From positions 1,116,001-1,180,000 of the forward strand of contig CAUYUJ010000003.1 in the NCBI GenBank assembly GCA_963575745.1: a DNA stretch of 64,000 bases, given 5' to 3'. The notes under the pieces were generated by a model, which was not told the origin of the DNA, ran no database searches, and saw only the letters and a list, made by a program, of their open reading frames with translations. Below are positions 1 to 11,689 of this stretch, one piece after another (position 1 is the first letter of the stretch; each line of letters starts with the position of its first letter). This DNA is from Prorocentrum cordatum (Eukaryota). Both the position numbers and the translations under genes were made by a program.

Positions 1-2215
1 GTTATTTAATATTGCTGCGCAGTTCTAGCATAGGGTTGTCCGGCAACGTGCTCGCGCTGTTGGGCGTGAACTGCTGGACACGCGACCGCCCCAGCCAGGA
101 CACAACACACACTCCCAAAACCACGGGGTGCGGCGCACTCGCACGCGCGCGCACTGAGCAAGCAACGAAAACAATGCATGGTCGATGACGCAAGGAAGCC
201 GGAGGTTGCCAGTGGGTGTCCCTGGCCCGAGATGCTCTTACCTTCTCGCACCGTTTGGAGGCCCGTGGGCCCTCTGGGCCTTATGGGGGCCTCCCTGGAA
301 AAGCTAGGGCCACATGGGGCCAGGGACACCCTTGGCAGCACCCGATGTATGGTCCATGGGGATGAATGGCACGCCGGCAGATCTGGAAAGAAACCCGAAG
401 CCTCGCCGGCCATTGCGGAAACAGGGAGGGCTGCAGGGCTGGGGTGCGGGCCTCGCCAAAACTATTGGCTTGCAGAGCGCGAGCGGGCGGGGCTGGCCAA
501 GCTCGCTAATGTTATACCAAACGACAACTTTTATAGAATGCGCACTAAACAACTGCGCCAATGATGCTTGAGGAGCAACGTCATGGCAAATCCACAAGGC
601 GATTCGCAGAGCACGCCGTGTTACGAGGGGCCTTCGAATCAGATGCTGCATCGGGCCAGGCGGATCAGCAACCACTCGCCACCTTACGGTAGGGACTCTC
701 CCGTCGCGGTCTGGAAACAGTGGTTGATAAAAACCTTGCGGATCATTACCTGCAGGAACACCTCAACTCGGGAACTATGGGGCGACGCGTTGGCGTGCAT
801 GTGTGCGTGGGGAAGAATGAGGGTGCGGGCGACGCCCAATGACACCGAGGCACCCATGCTCTACATTTCGGGGGCGGCCTCTCTCGAAGAAACCCACAAC
901 TGGACTGGCACAACCCAATCGTGCAAATCATCGCACACAGTGGCGAACTCCAGCCATGCCATCTCTACAGGTGTTCAAGAAGTTGGCAAATGTGGCGCTA
1001 GCGGTGAAAACAACGTGGTCTCCCGTATATGCACAGCTTTCCTGAGAGCACGAAGCAGGACTTAGCACCACTACAGCATACACAATGACTTCAACGGACG
1101 ATGTATATAACTTTGCAAGCATCGTACAATATGCTGACTGGCCTCTTCTCCTACTCCTCCCTCCTCCTCTTCTTCCTCCTCCTCCTTACCCTCATCACCA
1201 CCATCACCATCATCGTCATCATCAGCATCAGCATCAGCATCAGCATCATCAGCATCAGCATCAGCATCAGCATCAGCATCATTATCAACATCATCAACAT
1301 CATCAACATCATCAGCATCATCATCATCAGCAGCAGCATCATACCTCCCTTATCTCCGCGAGGGGGGGGCGAGGGGATGGAAGGGGACAGCTCAGGGCAA
1401 GGGCAGAGAGGCAACACAGTCTGGGGGAGCAGGGGGGAGCATTCGACGAGAGTGGGGGGACACTGGTGAAACAACCACAGGAGACACAGCGGAGCCGACG
1501 GCGGGGTGGACACTTGGGGGAGCGGCCAGAGGGGGTACAGAGAGAAATGGGGGTGCCTGCCCAGCCGTTGATGATGAAACTCATCTGCCACGATTTTACG
1601 ATACCACTACACCCTGCCGAACCGACTGTGGAGTCTACAGCAGGTCCCACGGACAATAGACTCCATGTGACAAGACCCGCTTGCTCAGCCAATCAATTAT
1701 GTGCAGCACGGCTCAGAAATCAAACAGCCGACATTGGTGTTCAGGAAGGCGAGCAACAACGAACACACACTTTGCCCAACTGTGCGCACGCTCCCACTGT
1801 AGCATAGCAAATGCTGCAGGGAACTTGCAAACAGCTACGGCAATGCTAACGGCACAGCGCGACAGACCACCCTGGCGAAGACCATGGAACCGACTGGAGA
1901 AGCCAGAAGCCGATCGAAAAGCCACAAAAGGTGGTTTGCAGCCGAGCCCGAGGGCAGCCCGACGTTCAGTGCACCACGCGGGGCATGCTGGCCCAGGGGA
2001 GACCGAGGGAGCCAAGACCTGGAAAAGGGCTGAAGCCAGGCATATTGCCATCACCAAAATCGGGGGCCACACCCATCGAAGGAGGCTGGCCCAAGATCTT
2101 GGTGCTGGTGGCGTGACGCATCCGCACCACCCACCCAGGTCGGGGATCGCCCTCCCTGGCCCTGATGACGGTGTCCACGTCGAAGCATCAAGACAGGGGG
2201 GCATGGAGATGAGCG

Positions 2216-2251
<36 letters not shown>

Positions 2252-2770
2252 GAGAGGGAGCTACAACAAAAACAAGTTGGAGGCTCATTCTGGAACCTGC
2301 CTGGATCCACTCGCTCCACTCGTGCGTCGAAGCTGCGTCGAACTCGAATCGAGGCTGTGTCGAACCTGAGTCGAACTCGAGTCAAGCTGTAATCGAACTG
2401 GAATCGAACTGGAGCCGAACAGATCGGTTATGTGGTCCCTAGGAAAGTCCCCGAAACGAACATCTATACAGATATGCATGTATACACACATGTATATGCA
2501 TATGTGCATAAATTTATGTATAGATACACAATGGGACGGAGGGCAGAATAACATCCGTCAAGAACGTGAGACAATCCGCCGGCCAAAACACACAGAATAT
2601 CCAAGGGTACCCACCCCAGGATGCACATAACAATCCAACAACCAAAATTTACATTAGGGTACCCTCCCCAAACCGACCTCGATCTCATACCTCGGTCCGA
2701 CCGTGCTGACAAACGCTGAAATCTAACGCATCGGGCTGGGGCAGGTCAAGATAACTCAACGCATCTAGAA

Positions 2771-3110
2771 AGGATGCGCAGCAAATATGCAGTGGCCTTG
2801 GAGGTACATGCCGAGGCCCATCGACCGGGCCTTGCCATCGAACGTGGTTGAGGATGGGCCAAAGATGACCGAAGAGGCAGAGGCCAAAAAGGCACCGATA
2901 CCGCTACTCCCTGGACCTCTCCCAGGGTGCGTTCTGACCAGACTTTCGAGGCGAATCTGGAGATGACGACGCGGGTCTCGCAGGAGGCCGAAAAAAGAGA
3001 ATACGAGGGAAGGGTAGAGGTGTGGGGTATGGGTACCTTTTTCATCCCCTGGGAAGAGGCAAGGATGCAAGGGTACCCTTGGGCAGTCGATCGCCCTTAC
3101 TATCAGGGGG
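2771..3110 (+). repeat. Dispersed repeat shared with ~62163-62320
   Basis: GCCATCGAA.GTGGTTGAGGATGGGCC and GAAGAGGCAAGGATGCA.GGGTACCCTTGGG are present in both copies. Confidence 0.7.
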
Positions 3111-3258
3111 GACTGTGCGTGTGCGGCGCGGAGCCTACCCTGCGCAGGAGCCCGCAGCTTGGCGATGCCTGGGCCAGCCAGCCCAGGCTCGTGGGCGCAT
3201 GCGGCTGGGGATCCTGGGAACGTCATACAATAGGAACTCGACCACAGGAAACCTTCGA

Positions 3259-3387
3259 CAAGAAACCCGGCCCTGAGACCCCAGGACGTCCATCGATGTT
3301 TGGTGTGAGAACTTCACGCTTCCCAAAGCAAAACCATCAAATACCAAGAAACCCAGGGCACCCTGGAGGCAAACAGGGTGTTTCTTG
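3259..3387. mobile_element. 129-bp MITE-like repeat, copy 1
   Basis: CAAGAAAC...GTTTCTTG inverted termini. Same-length copy at 16152-16280. Confidence 0.55.
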
Positions 3388-4603
3388 CAATTGGTTTCCA
3401 CTGTATGTCTGAGGGACTGGGAAGCGGGGTTTGTTTTGATCATCCCAAATCACACCCCCACCACCGACGGCGGCACCCGCAGGCATCACTGCCAGGCGGG
3501 ATGCCGGGCCCCGGGGTGAGGGTGAGATTTCGGCGGCCTTCGAGACTGGCGCTCGAGCGTGGGCCATTCCCCAGATGCCCACCCCCAGTCGAGGCACCCG
3601 TTCGGTGAGGCTGCCCCCTCCCCCGTTGTGGCCGGGGGTGGGGGTGTCATTGTGGGTTGTCACTGTTTAGTTTGCGGCGGGCGAGGGGGAAGCGAAAAGG
3701 AGAACGCCTTCTCAGAAGGCGGCGGGACTCCCCAAAAACCCTCGCGCCTTCAGGGACGTCTCCTGCGTCTTCGGGGAAGGCTCAGGAAACTTCTCAGACG
3801 GCCGGGGACCTCCGCGCCTTCTGAGAAGGCCCGCCCCTTCTCACCTCCCCTGGGCTTGCCGCCGAAGGGGGCAAAATGCATAACACGGAGCGCCAACCAT
3901 TTGATCACATCACCCCCTCGCGGTCGTCGGCACTGACGGGCTTTCTGCGCGAATGCCGAACACGTCAACTCTTTCCTCGGCCAGCACCTCCACAGAAACA
4001 GCGCAGGCTAAAAAGTCGCGGCTCTATTCCAGGCCGCGCTCTGGCACTGCGTTCCCGAGGCACGAGAGCTGGCATCGAACAAGGGCGCTCTGTGGCTCGC
4101 ACTCCGTTGGGTGCGCGCGCCATGTCACATCGTACTTCACAACGAAGTGATCTAAACGCAACGCCGGCGCAGTTCGACCGTCAAGAAAAATCCGCCGCTG
4201 CGCTTGCTTGATGGTGGAGTGTCAGGGCTTGCTGTTTGTCTGGTTGGGTTGCTGTTGTTCCCCAAACCCTAAGATGGGGGTTCTTGTTGTCCTCAATCTC
4301 CGAAGGATTACTGTGACCGCGCGGACCTTCCTTTCACCTCCTCCTCCCTTCTCCTCCTCCCGCTGGCAAAATATGATGATGCCAAATGATGGCGGTAAAT
4401 GCGATACGGCATGTTATGGTATGTGATGTTATGATAGTATATGATATATCACGTTATGTCAGGGCGTGGCATGTTGTTCTGTTATGATGTGAAGATGATG
4501 ACGATGACGATGCTCATGATGGTGATGGTGGTGGTGACGATGATGATGCTGATGATGATGAAGATGAAGAATATGATGATGCTGCTGCTGGCGATGAAGC
4601 TGC

Positions 4604-4662
<59 letters not shown>

Positions 4663-4789
4663 GCTGAGCAAACTCTGAGGATGTCTCGAGCGAGGCGCGG
4701 GTTTCAGCACCCCCAAGTGGGAGCCGCCAAGGGGCATTGCACTCCTCCGTTCGCGCCCAAATGGTGGCGGGGATGTCTCGAGAAGTTCT

Positions 4790-4935
4790 CTTGTTTGCAT
4801 GTTCAACATCCTCCGCTTTCGGAGCAGAGTTGGAGGATGTCCCGAGCGAGGCGCGCATGTTCGCCCCCAAGGGAGGCCAGATGTTGAGGATGTCTCGATC
4901 GGTTTGCCTGTTTTGGTGGGCAGACTCGTGGGCAC
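4790..4935 (+). repeat. Dispersed repeat with hairpin, copy 1 (copy 2 at ~23291-23430)
   Basis: Both copies share CATCCTCCGCTTTCGGAGCA...TGGAGGATGTC..GAGCGAGGCGC. Confidence 0.7.
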
Positions 4936-4944
4936 AGATTCTCC

Positions 4945-5240
4945 CCAGGATGCCACAAGAGGCTCCAGCAGGCTCCAGGAGGCCCCAGGAGGCCACAGGA
5001 GGTCCCAGGAGGCATCAGGAGGCCACAGGAAGACTCGAGAGGCCACGGGGTGTCCCAAGAGGCCCCAGGAGGCTACAGAAAGCTCCAGGAGGCCTGAGGA
5101 GGCTCCAGGATGCTCCAGGAGGCCGAGGCCACAGGAGGCCCCAGGAGGCCACAGGAAACGCCAGGAAGCAGCGGGAGACCCCGGAAGGCAACAGGAGGCC
5201 CCAAGAGGTCCCATGAGCAGGAGGCATCAGAGGGCCACAG
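4945..5240 (+). repeat. CCAGGAGGCC-type ~10-bp minisatellite
   Basis: Tandem degenerate units. Confidence 0.8.
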
Positions 5241-6405
5241 GAGTGGCTCCAATCCCATGTGTTTACGTATGCTCCCATAGGTTGGGCCTCACCTGGAGCA
5301 CGAATCCTTGGCGTGTTACGTATGTTTCTATAGACGGTCCTTCTTATGTGCATCTAATCCTAAATGTTTTACATATGTTCCTTTTAAATTGGGCCTCCCC
5401 TGGGGAACGACTCCTTGGTGTTTTATGTGTGTTCCTATGGATTGCTCTTTTCCTGTGGCCCCAGCGTAGTGGGGCGCGCGAAGTCCTCGGCCCTGTCGTT
5501 GCGACGGCGAGAGGGTCAGCTTCGACGCTGTCCGATCCATTTCTGCCACCATCCTGCGCTCTTCCTTTCCCGCGCGGATTTGGCTCAAGATTTCGAAGTG
5601 TGCCTGGGTGAGAACGGGGCTATCCGCCCCCATTTCTAACTGGCGAAACACCCTCCATTCTTTCATATATGTATATATATAGAGAGAGAGGAAAAACAAA
5701 GGTTTCTTATGTTCCATCCGTTTCTTTTCTGCTTCAGCTTCAGCATCGGCCATTTTCTGCGGACAGAACATGCGTCTCTTAGAGCTGGCGCCAGCGTGGG
5801 CGCTGCGCTACGGCGCGCCGCGCTGGGCGCTGTTCCCCCGCATAGGCAGCGAACAGAAATTGCATTTCTCCAATGGAATGCCGGCCTCCCCCCCTGGGGC
5901 GCTTGCAGCGACCGCGGGCGCTCGGTGCTCTCCGGAGCAAACCCGCGCCCACTGCCAACCGACTGGACCGGGACTAGGGGCGGGGTCGCTTGGAGGAGGA
6001 GGCTGAACGCTCCTGGGACGATTCTGACGGCTTGGCCTTAGCGTCTGTCCAACAAGGAGTTCTGGAATCATGGGGGGCCAAAGCGTGATGTCCGACGCCG
6101 CAAGCATGTTTACCCTGAGGCGCGGGCAGTCCCCCTTGCCTTTCCTTTCGTTGCTGAGCGAGTTCTGACTGGCGAAGTTCTAGATTAGTTTGTGCGCTTC
6201 TCTGTTTGATCACTCCTGTTCCTGCTGCGCCGCGCTGGCAAACTGAGCCGTTCTTGCGCGGGGAACAGCCGCCGCTTTCTGCTCGGAAATTAATGCAGCC
6301 CCACGGGTTCGCTCTATCTCACGCTGCATCTGACGCTCTGTGTCAGCCATTTCCTCCGCTGAAGACTTGCATCCCCCCATGATTGTCAATCCGCCTTCTT
6401 CTTCC

Positions 6406-6688
6406 ATCTTTACCCAACTTAGGCCCAACCAGGCCAATATCGTCAAGTAAGGTAGTCCTCACTGTTGGGGTCCATGCTAGCGGGTCAATGGACATCGTGG
6501 AATGTAAAAGGATATGTGTATCCAGTTAAGCTTTGGCTAAGGAGAGTATACAGTATGAGCACGCGCGCGCGGGGGCGGGCGCGGGCCTTTTTCCTCTCCG
6601 ATCCACGAATAGCTGCAGACAGCCAAGCATGCGTCTGCGTATGTGGTTATATTTACATCGACGGCGGCAGGGAGCGCATGGCAACGAC
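6406..6688 (-). repeat. 3' LTR of the Tpt1-carrying element
   Basis: Copy of 15733-16016. Preceded on the - strand by the PPT-like run GGGGGGAG (about 6688-6695). Confidence 0.8.
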
Positions 6689-6699
6689 TCCCCCCGCGG

Positions 6700-9210
6700 C
6701 GGCCTGGCCGCAGCGCCGGCCAGGGCCGACGTTCTACCATCGGGACTCTTCGTTCCCGACGGCGTCGAATTACAGCGCGCGCGGGCGCGAGGCTCTCGCA
6801 GCCGCCAGCAACCCGCAGGTCAAGCGGCATTGATCACACGGCCATTGGCCGGTGATAGCAGGTGCTGATGGATGGGGCGAAGCTCCAACAGCCTCGAGCC
6901 CTTCCACGTGCGCCTCTTGTCGCATTCTCTGGCGATAAGCTAGGCGCGCATGCGCCGGCACAGCCTCCAGAAAGTCATTGGCGTAAGGCGTCTGTCGCTT
7001 GCAAGCGCCATCCGCTGTCACGGCGCCACGGGTCCCAGTCGTCATTGCGCCGATCGGGCCAGTTGCTGTAGTCGCCCTTCCCGCGGTCTTCTCCCGGCCC
7101 TTTGCTCCAGCCCCGGCTGGGGGTGCCCCTCCACGCGCTCCAGGCGTTGTCAGTAAGGGTTCGGCTTTGCCCCCTGGCCCAGGGGCGGCGCTATTCCTCG
7201 GGAATCTGCTGGGGGGGGCGACGGCGCCGCGCCGCCAGACTCAGTTTGGCGGAAGTCCCTGTACAGGCACGGGCGGACAGCGGGCGGTGAGGCCGTGCGA
7301 TCACTCCATGGCTATCTCGGTCGCTTCCCGCCCTTGCCCTTGCCTGTAGTGTCTGGAGGGGGTGGAGCAGCGCCGCGTGGCGCGCTGCCCCTGCCACCCT
7401 CGTTCCGCGGAAATGCAGCCGCTTGTTTCGCTGTCGCTCTTGCGGGCGGTGACGCCGAAGGGCCGTGCGGCCGCTTTCTGCTGATTGACCGCGCAGCCCG
7501 TGCGGTGGTCGCCACGGGCTGGCGAGTCCGAGCCCCTCGTGCCATTGGCACGCGTGAGGGGCGACGCTCGTCATCCGAGTCATGGGGCGCTGACACCCCG
7601 TGCTGTGCCCGCGCCTGTAGTGCGTAGACAGCAGCTTCGTATACGTGCAGCGCCCACTTCTCAGCCGCCGGATGCCTGAGCGCGTCGACTGTGAACTGTT
7701 GACCTGGGAATTGCGCGTCTGACTGGGACTGCAGCACGTATTGCATGCAAGCCTCGATGGTAGGCGCGTCGTCTGCAATGTTCGGCAAGTCCTGCCGGTT
7801 CATATATGTATATATACACATATATATAAATATATATATATATGTCCTTGTGAACTAACTCGACGAGCGCGTGATGCGACTTAATGATGTCGAGCTCCCG
7901 AGAGAGTGTCTCACGGAACCTGTCCACCTTTTCGCGATGAACGCGTTTGGCATCATTACTTGCGTGATCCATGTCAACCAGTGTCCACTGGTAATCCTTC
8001 GAGACTTCGATGGTAGCCCTGTGTGCTCGTTCAGCCAGCCATGTCTCACTTGCATCACCTAGGTCTGGGTCATACGCACAGAGCCGTGGCGGATCACTCC
8101 ACATTGCGTATAGCTGTTCTTCGCATGAAGCGCAAGTGTCCGCCTTGTGGTGCGTGAGAAAGACGTTAACCGTGGTGAAGTACGCCACCACCTCATAGGC
8201 TGCCTGTCTGATACGGCACTGGTTGACCTTGCTCGTCACGTCGCCCTGGTATGTGCTCTGGCCCCTGCCGGGTGTGCGTGATCCCGTTCGCCTGCGCATT
8301 GCGCGGCCCCTGAACGCCATCGGCGCATCTGCGGACCGAATCCTTCGCTGGCTGTTGGAGCGGGCACGCCTACCCTGGGCACGCGGTCTTGGCCTAACGG
8401 AGGGAGCCCGGGGTGTGCGCGCGTCTCGATGGCGCACAGCCCTGTTCCCTCCATCTTCTGGGGCGGCCAACTCTTCTCTTGGTTTCCAGAACTCCTCGGT
8501 TTCGTATTCAATCACATTCAAGAGACTGTCGAGGCGCTCTGGGAGATAATCTTCATTCTCGTAACACCATTGACGCTATCCTACGGTAGGCTCAGTGAGA
8601 CCAGTGGCATCAGGGTCCGTTGTGTACCAATCAAAGATGTTCAGTATTCCCATATCTGTACCATAGCCCGTCTTGTCTATGCGCCGGGCCCAAGATGTCC
8701 CACCATTTCCATGGCGGGCAGACAGCTATTGTCCAGCTGGCGGGCAGCGGTGATATACCTGATACGACATCCATCGATGTGCCTGCTTGCGTGCCTGGAT
8801 CTCTCGCGCCTTGTTGCCATGGGCAGGGCGTTTGTCGTTCGGCGATGCTGGGGCCCATGCGAACACCGATCTTTCGGCGGACAGAACTGCCGTCTTGCCC
8901 GCCATAGCGGCATAAGATCGCGCGGTGGCCCCGTCGTAGGCATCCTTTCTCCATCCCTCGCGGTAACGCGCTTGTGTGCGATCAAGATTATTAACAACTG
9001 CTGCCCTGGACATTGTCCGGCCGTCACTGCGTGTATGGTACGGGCCTGGATCCCCACGGTCTCTGAGGAACCGTGCGGCTCCCCAGCCAATCGCTGGTCT
9101 CATCTTGTCCCCAGATATCATTGATGCCTCGTATATGATCCCTTCACGGCAAACGACACATACTATCATGCCGTACCTCGACTTGCGCCCCATGTGACAC
9201 ACGAGGCATA
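6700..9210 (-). pseudogene. C-terminal part of the element polyprotein, unknown function (Cys pairs, basic/Gly tail), interrupted by (TA)n
   Basis: Same-strand ORF fragments 8726..9202 (GMIVCVVC), 7661..8521 (CASC), 7312..7821 (KGKGGKR) and 6770..7045. A TA tract at about 7801-7843 splits them. Confidence 0.4.
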
Positions 9211-9439
9211 GATCGTCTTCCCAGCCTGTGCTTGCTGAACTTCAGCAGCGAGCTCTGCGTCGAAAGGACCAACATTGTGTCCTGCTCGGATCTGCTGCTT
9301 TGACTCCAGCACGTCGACGCACCCGGTCTTGGCGCGGGTGACGACTTGAACCGTTGTTAGCCGTCTATCATAAGTGACGTGCCATGACAGCTTGTTGCCA
9401 GGCGATTCTGAAAACGTGAAGATCTGCCAAATGTTACCC

Positions 9440-10330
9440 CATAACAATACACTGTCCGTAAACATTTGGCCCGTTGGCAGTCTCCAGTGCTGATGCGCCT
9501 CTAAGTGTCGTGCACTCATGGTGGCGAAATATTTGCCGTTGAAGTCTCAAATGTACGTCAAATACTGACCGCTTAGTCCGACCCAAGATAATCCTTAGAA
9601 GCCCCGTCCGGGTGAAGGAAAGTCGGGAATCTATCGTCGCTTTCCTGGCGGATGCGTCGTTCGTCTCTTTCTATTAACTGTTCGGCTTCCGAGAAGCTAA
9701 ACGGGACATGTATCTCCCCGGGCGTCAGCGCGTCAAGATCCTGGATCTCATGCGCGTTTGGGGACACTGCCACCGTGTATGCTACAGTGCCATATTGCCT
9801 GATACCCGTCGTCACGTCATAGAGCGGGGCTATCGTCCCAGCCTGACTGTGTCGCACGTCAGCGTCAGTCAACGGAATCAGTCGTGCACCGTGCTTCTCG
9901 CTCATGCCAGGATCGTATCTGACGCTTCTGCGATATAGGCTTATGATCCTTAGCGAATCGCCGTGCGCGGCCCTGATCAGGAGAGGTCGCGTTGTCGGAG
10001 TTATATGCACATCACTTCCCTGTGACGAGTCAGTCTCCGTTGATTTCGGAGGCTCCAAACCCTTTCTAGGTGATTTCATAGAAGCTCGAGTCCCAGTCCA
10101 TTGGGCGGGAAGTGGGGCCTTCGTGAGCCGCATTTATCTCTACTCCCAACATCTGCACTTCGTGCGGCGAAAGCGTTGCGACCGCATGCATTAACTGGGC
10201 CCACGGGCGATCGTAGCCGGCATCAGTGAGCATCCTTATCAGTACGTCCACTTCCACCCATCCTCCCGACCTCAGCACATGGGCTGAACTGCGTCTAAGA
10301 AGGTGGAGCGCGAGCTTGGCAAGACGGAAT
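9440..10330 (-). pseudogene. Tpt1/KptA (RNA 2'-phosphotransferase, ADP-ribosyltransferase fold)-like domain, frameshifted
   Basis: Motifs in the correct order: LAKLALHLLRR (~LSKxLSxxLRH), RSGGWVEVDVLI (~DxDGWVxVDxLL), IRAAHGDS (~IRANQGHS), ALTPGEIHVPFS (~GLxPMxRxHVHLS), ETANG..FTD (~SxNGVWLTD; needs a frameshift). Confidence 0.65.
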
Positions 10331-11689
10331 GCTTCACCGCGGCCCAGCCCGCTCGCGATAGCATATAGCTTCGGGCGTAAGTGTGGATACATCGGCACCA
10401 AAGCATTGTCTGATCCAGGCAAATTGCGGCTCTCGATCGTGTTATACCGAGCGCGCAAATATCTGTTTACCTTGGCACGCTCGGCCTCTGGCAGGTGCCT
10501 GATGTAATCCAACAGCGGGTCAGCCACGAAGTCCGCGTAGGCGGATAGCCGATCACTTAATATCGCCCGGGCCATTCGCTGGCTAGGGAGCATTGGCCAA
10601 TTATTGTGTAATTCATCTATCAGTCGTGTTTTTTCAGGGGTCAGTGCAGAAATATTGTTTCGACGGTATCCTGGCGATGCAAGAAGAGGGACTCTTTCGC
10701 CATTGGCGAGTAACCCCTCATAGGTCAGCTCTTCGCGTTCGAGTCCGATCTGGGCTAACCCGCCTACGTCCTCATGCGACGGCCACAGTGTCATCATATC
10801 CTCCTCTGATATCTGCCTCTCTTTGGGAAGCGGAAGGTTACCGTCGATGAGAAAATAGTGTTTACCAAATGGCGTTCCCTCATCTGGAACATACGGACGA
10901 ATTTGCGGGTCGATCTGTAGCGCAGCAACAAGTTTCAGTCCGGTTGCTTCCGCGCTCTCTTCTTCCCTTCACATGCATTATCGACATCGTCGGTGCGCTC
11001 GCCTTCTTGATCGGCCGCAAAGTCCAGCTCTGTTTCCTCTTCAACTTCAGACGAGGATTCGTCGGACTCATCGACAGTCACGGCCATGATCTGTTTCCTG
11101 CACCACTTTTCGTATTCCGTCTTCTCATGCTCGATTATTTCTGCTTTGGCCCTCTTGTGGTGGGCATCCGCCCATCTGCTGTGCATCCGGCACCTAGGCG
11201 TGCATCTATCCAGGTGTATGGCTGTCGGGGGCCAATCCATGCATCTGCAGCGCCTTCGCGCCAGGTGAGGCTTCGAACCCTGGGTTGCGACCATCCTGGT
11301 CGCCCTGAAGCATCCAATGTTCGAGCATATGTAGATCTGTTCGATGCGGGAAGCAGCCGGCGACGTGATGACGTAGACGTTCCTCATTCTCTCAAGCTTC
11401 TCCTTCGACATCGTCGGGGGCTGATGCGCCGGGGCTCCGAACCTCGGATCTTCGGGCTGCGTGAGCGGCGCCCCGCGGGGGTTTTCGAAGCGCGGCTGTT
11501 TGCGATCAACCGTGTACGACCGCTTGAATCCAGGATGAGAAAGCTCCGGAAGAAGCCGATCGCCAAACTCCGGACGATGTCCCTGGCAGAACCGAGCCCC
11601 GTGGGCAGCGCAGGACAATGGGCCAAGTCAGGCGGGGAGGTAGGCAGGCCATGATGCAGAAAGCGGCGACGGCGTGGCGAGAGGCGCAG

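Noticed and set aside
500..1140. Possible decayed LINE or other coding fragment
   Set aside because: Non-repetitive, but no motif could be recognised.
1085..1807. His/Gln-rich 240-aa ORF and similar poly-amino-acid ORFs across the window
   Set aside because: Open frames arise from (CAT/CAG)n, (GAT)n, (CCT)n and (GTT)n microsatellites.
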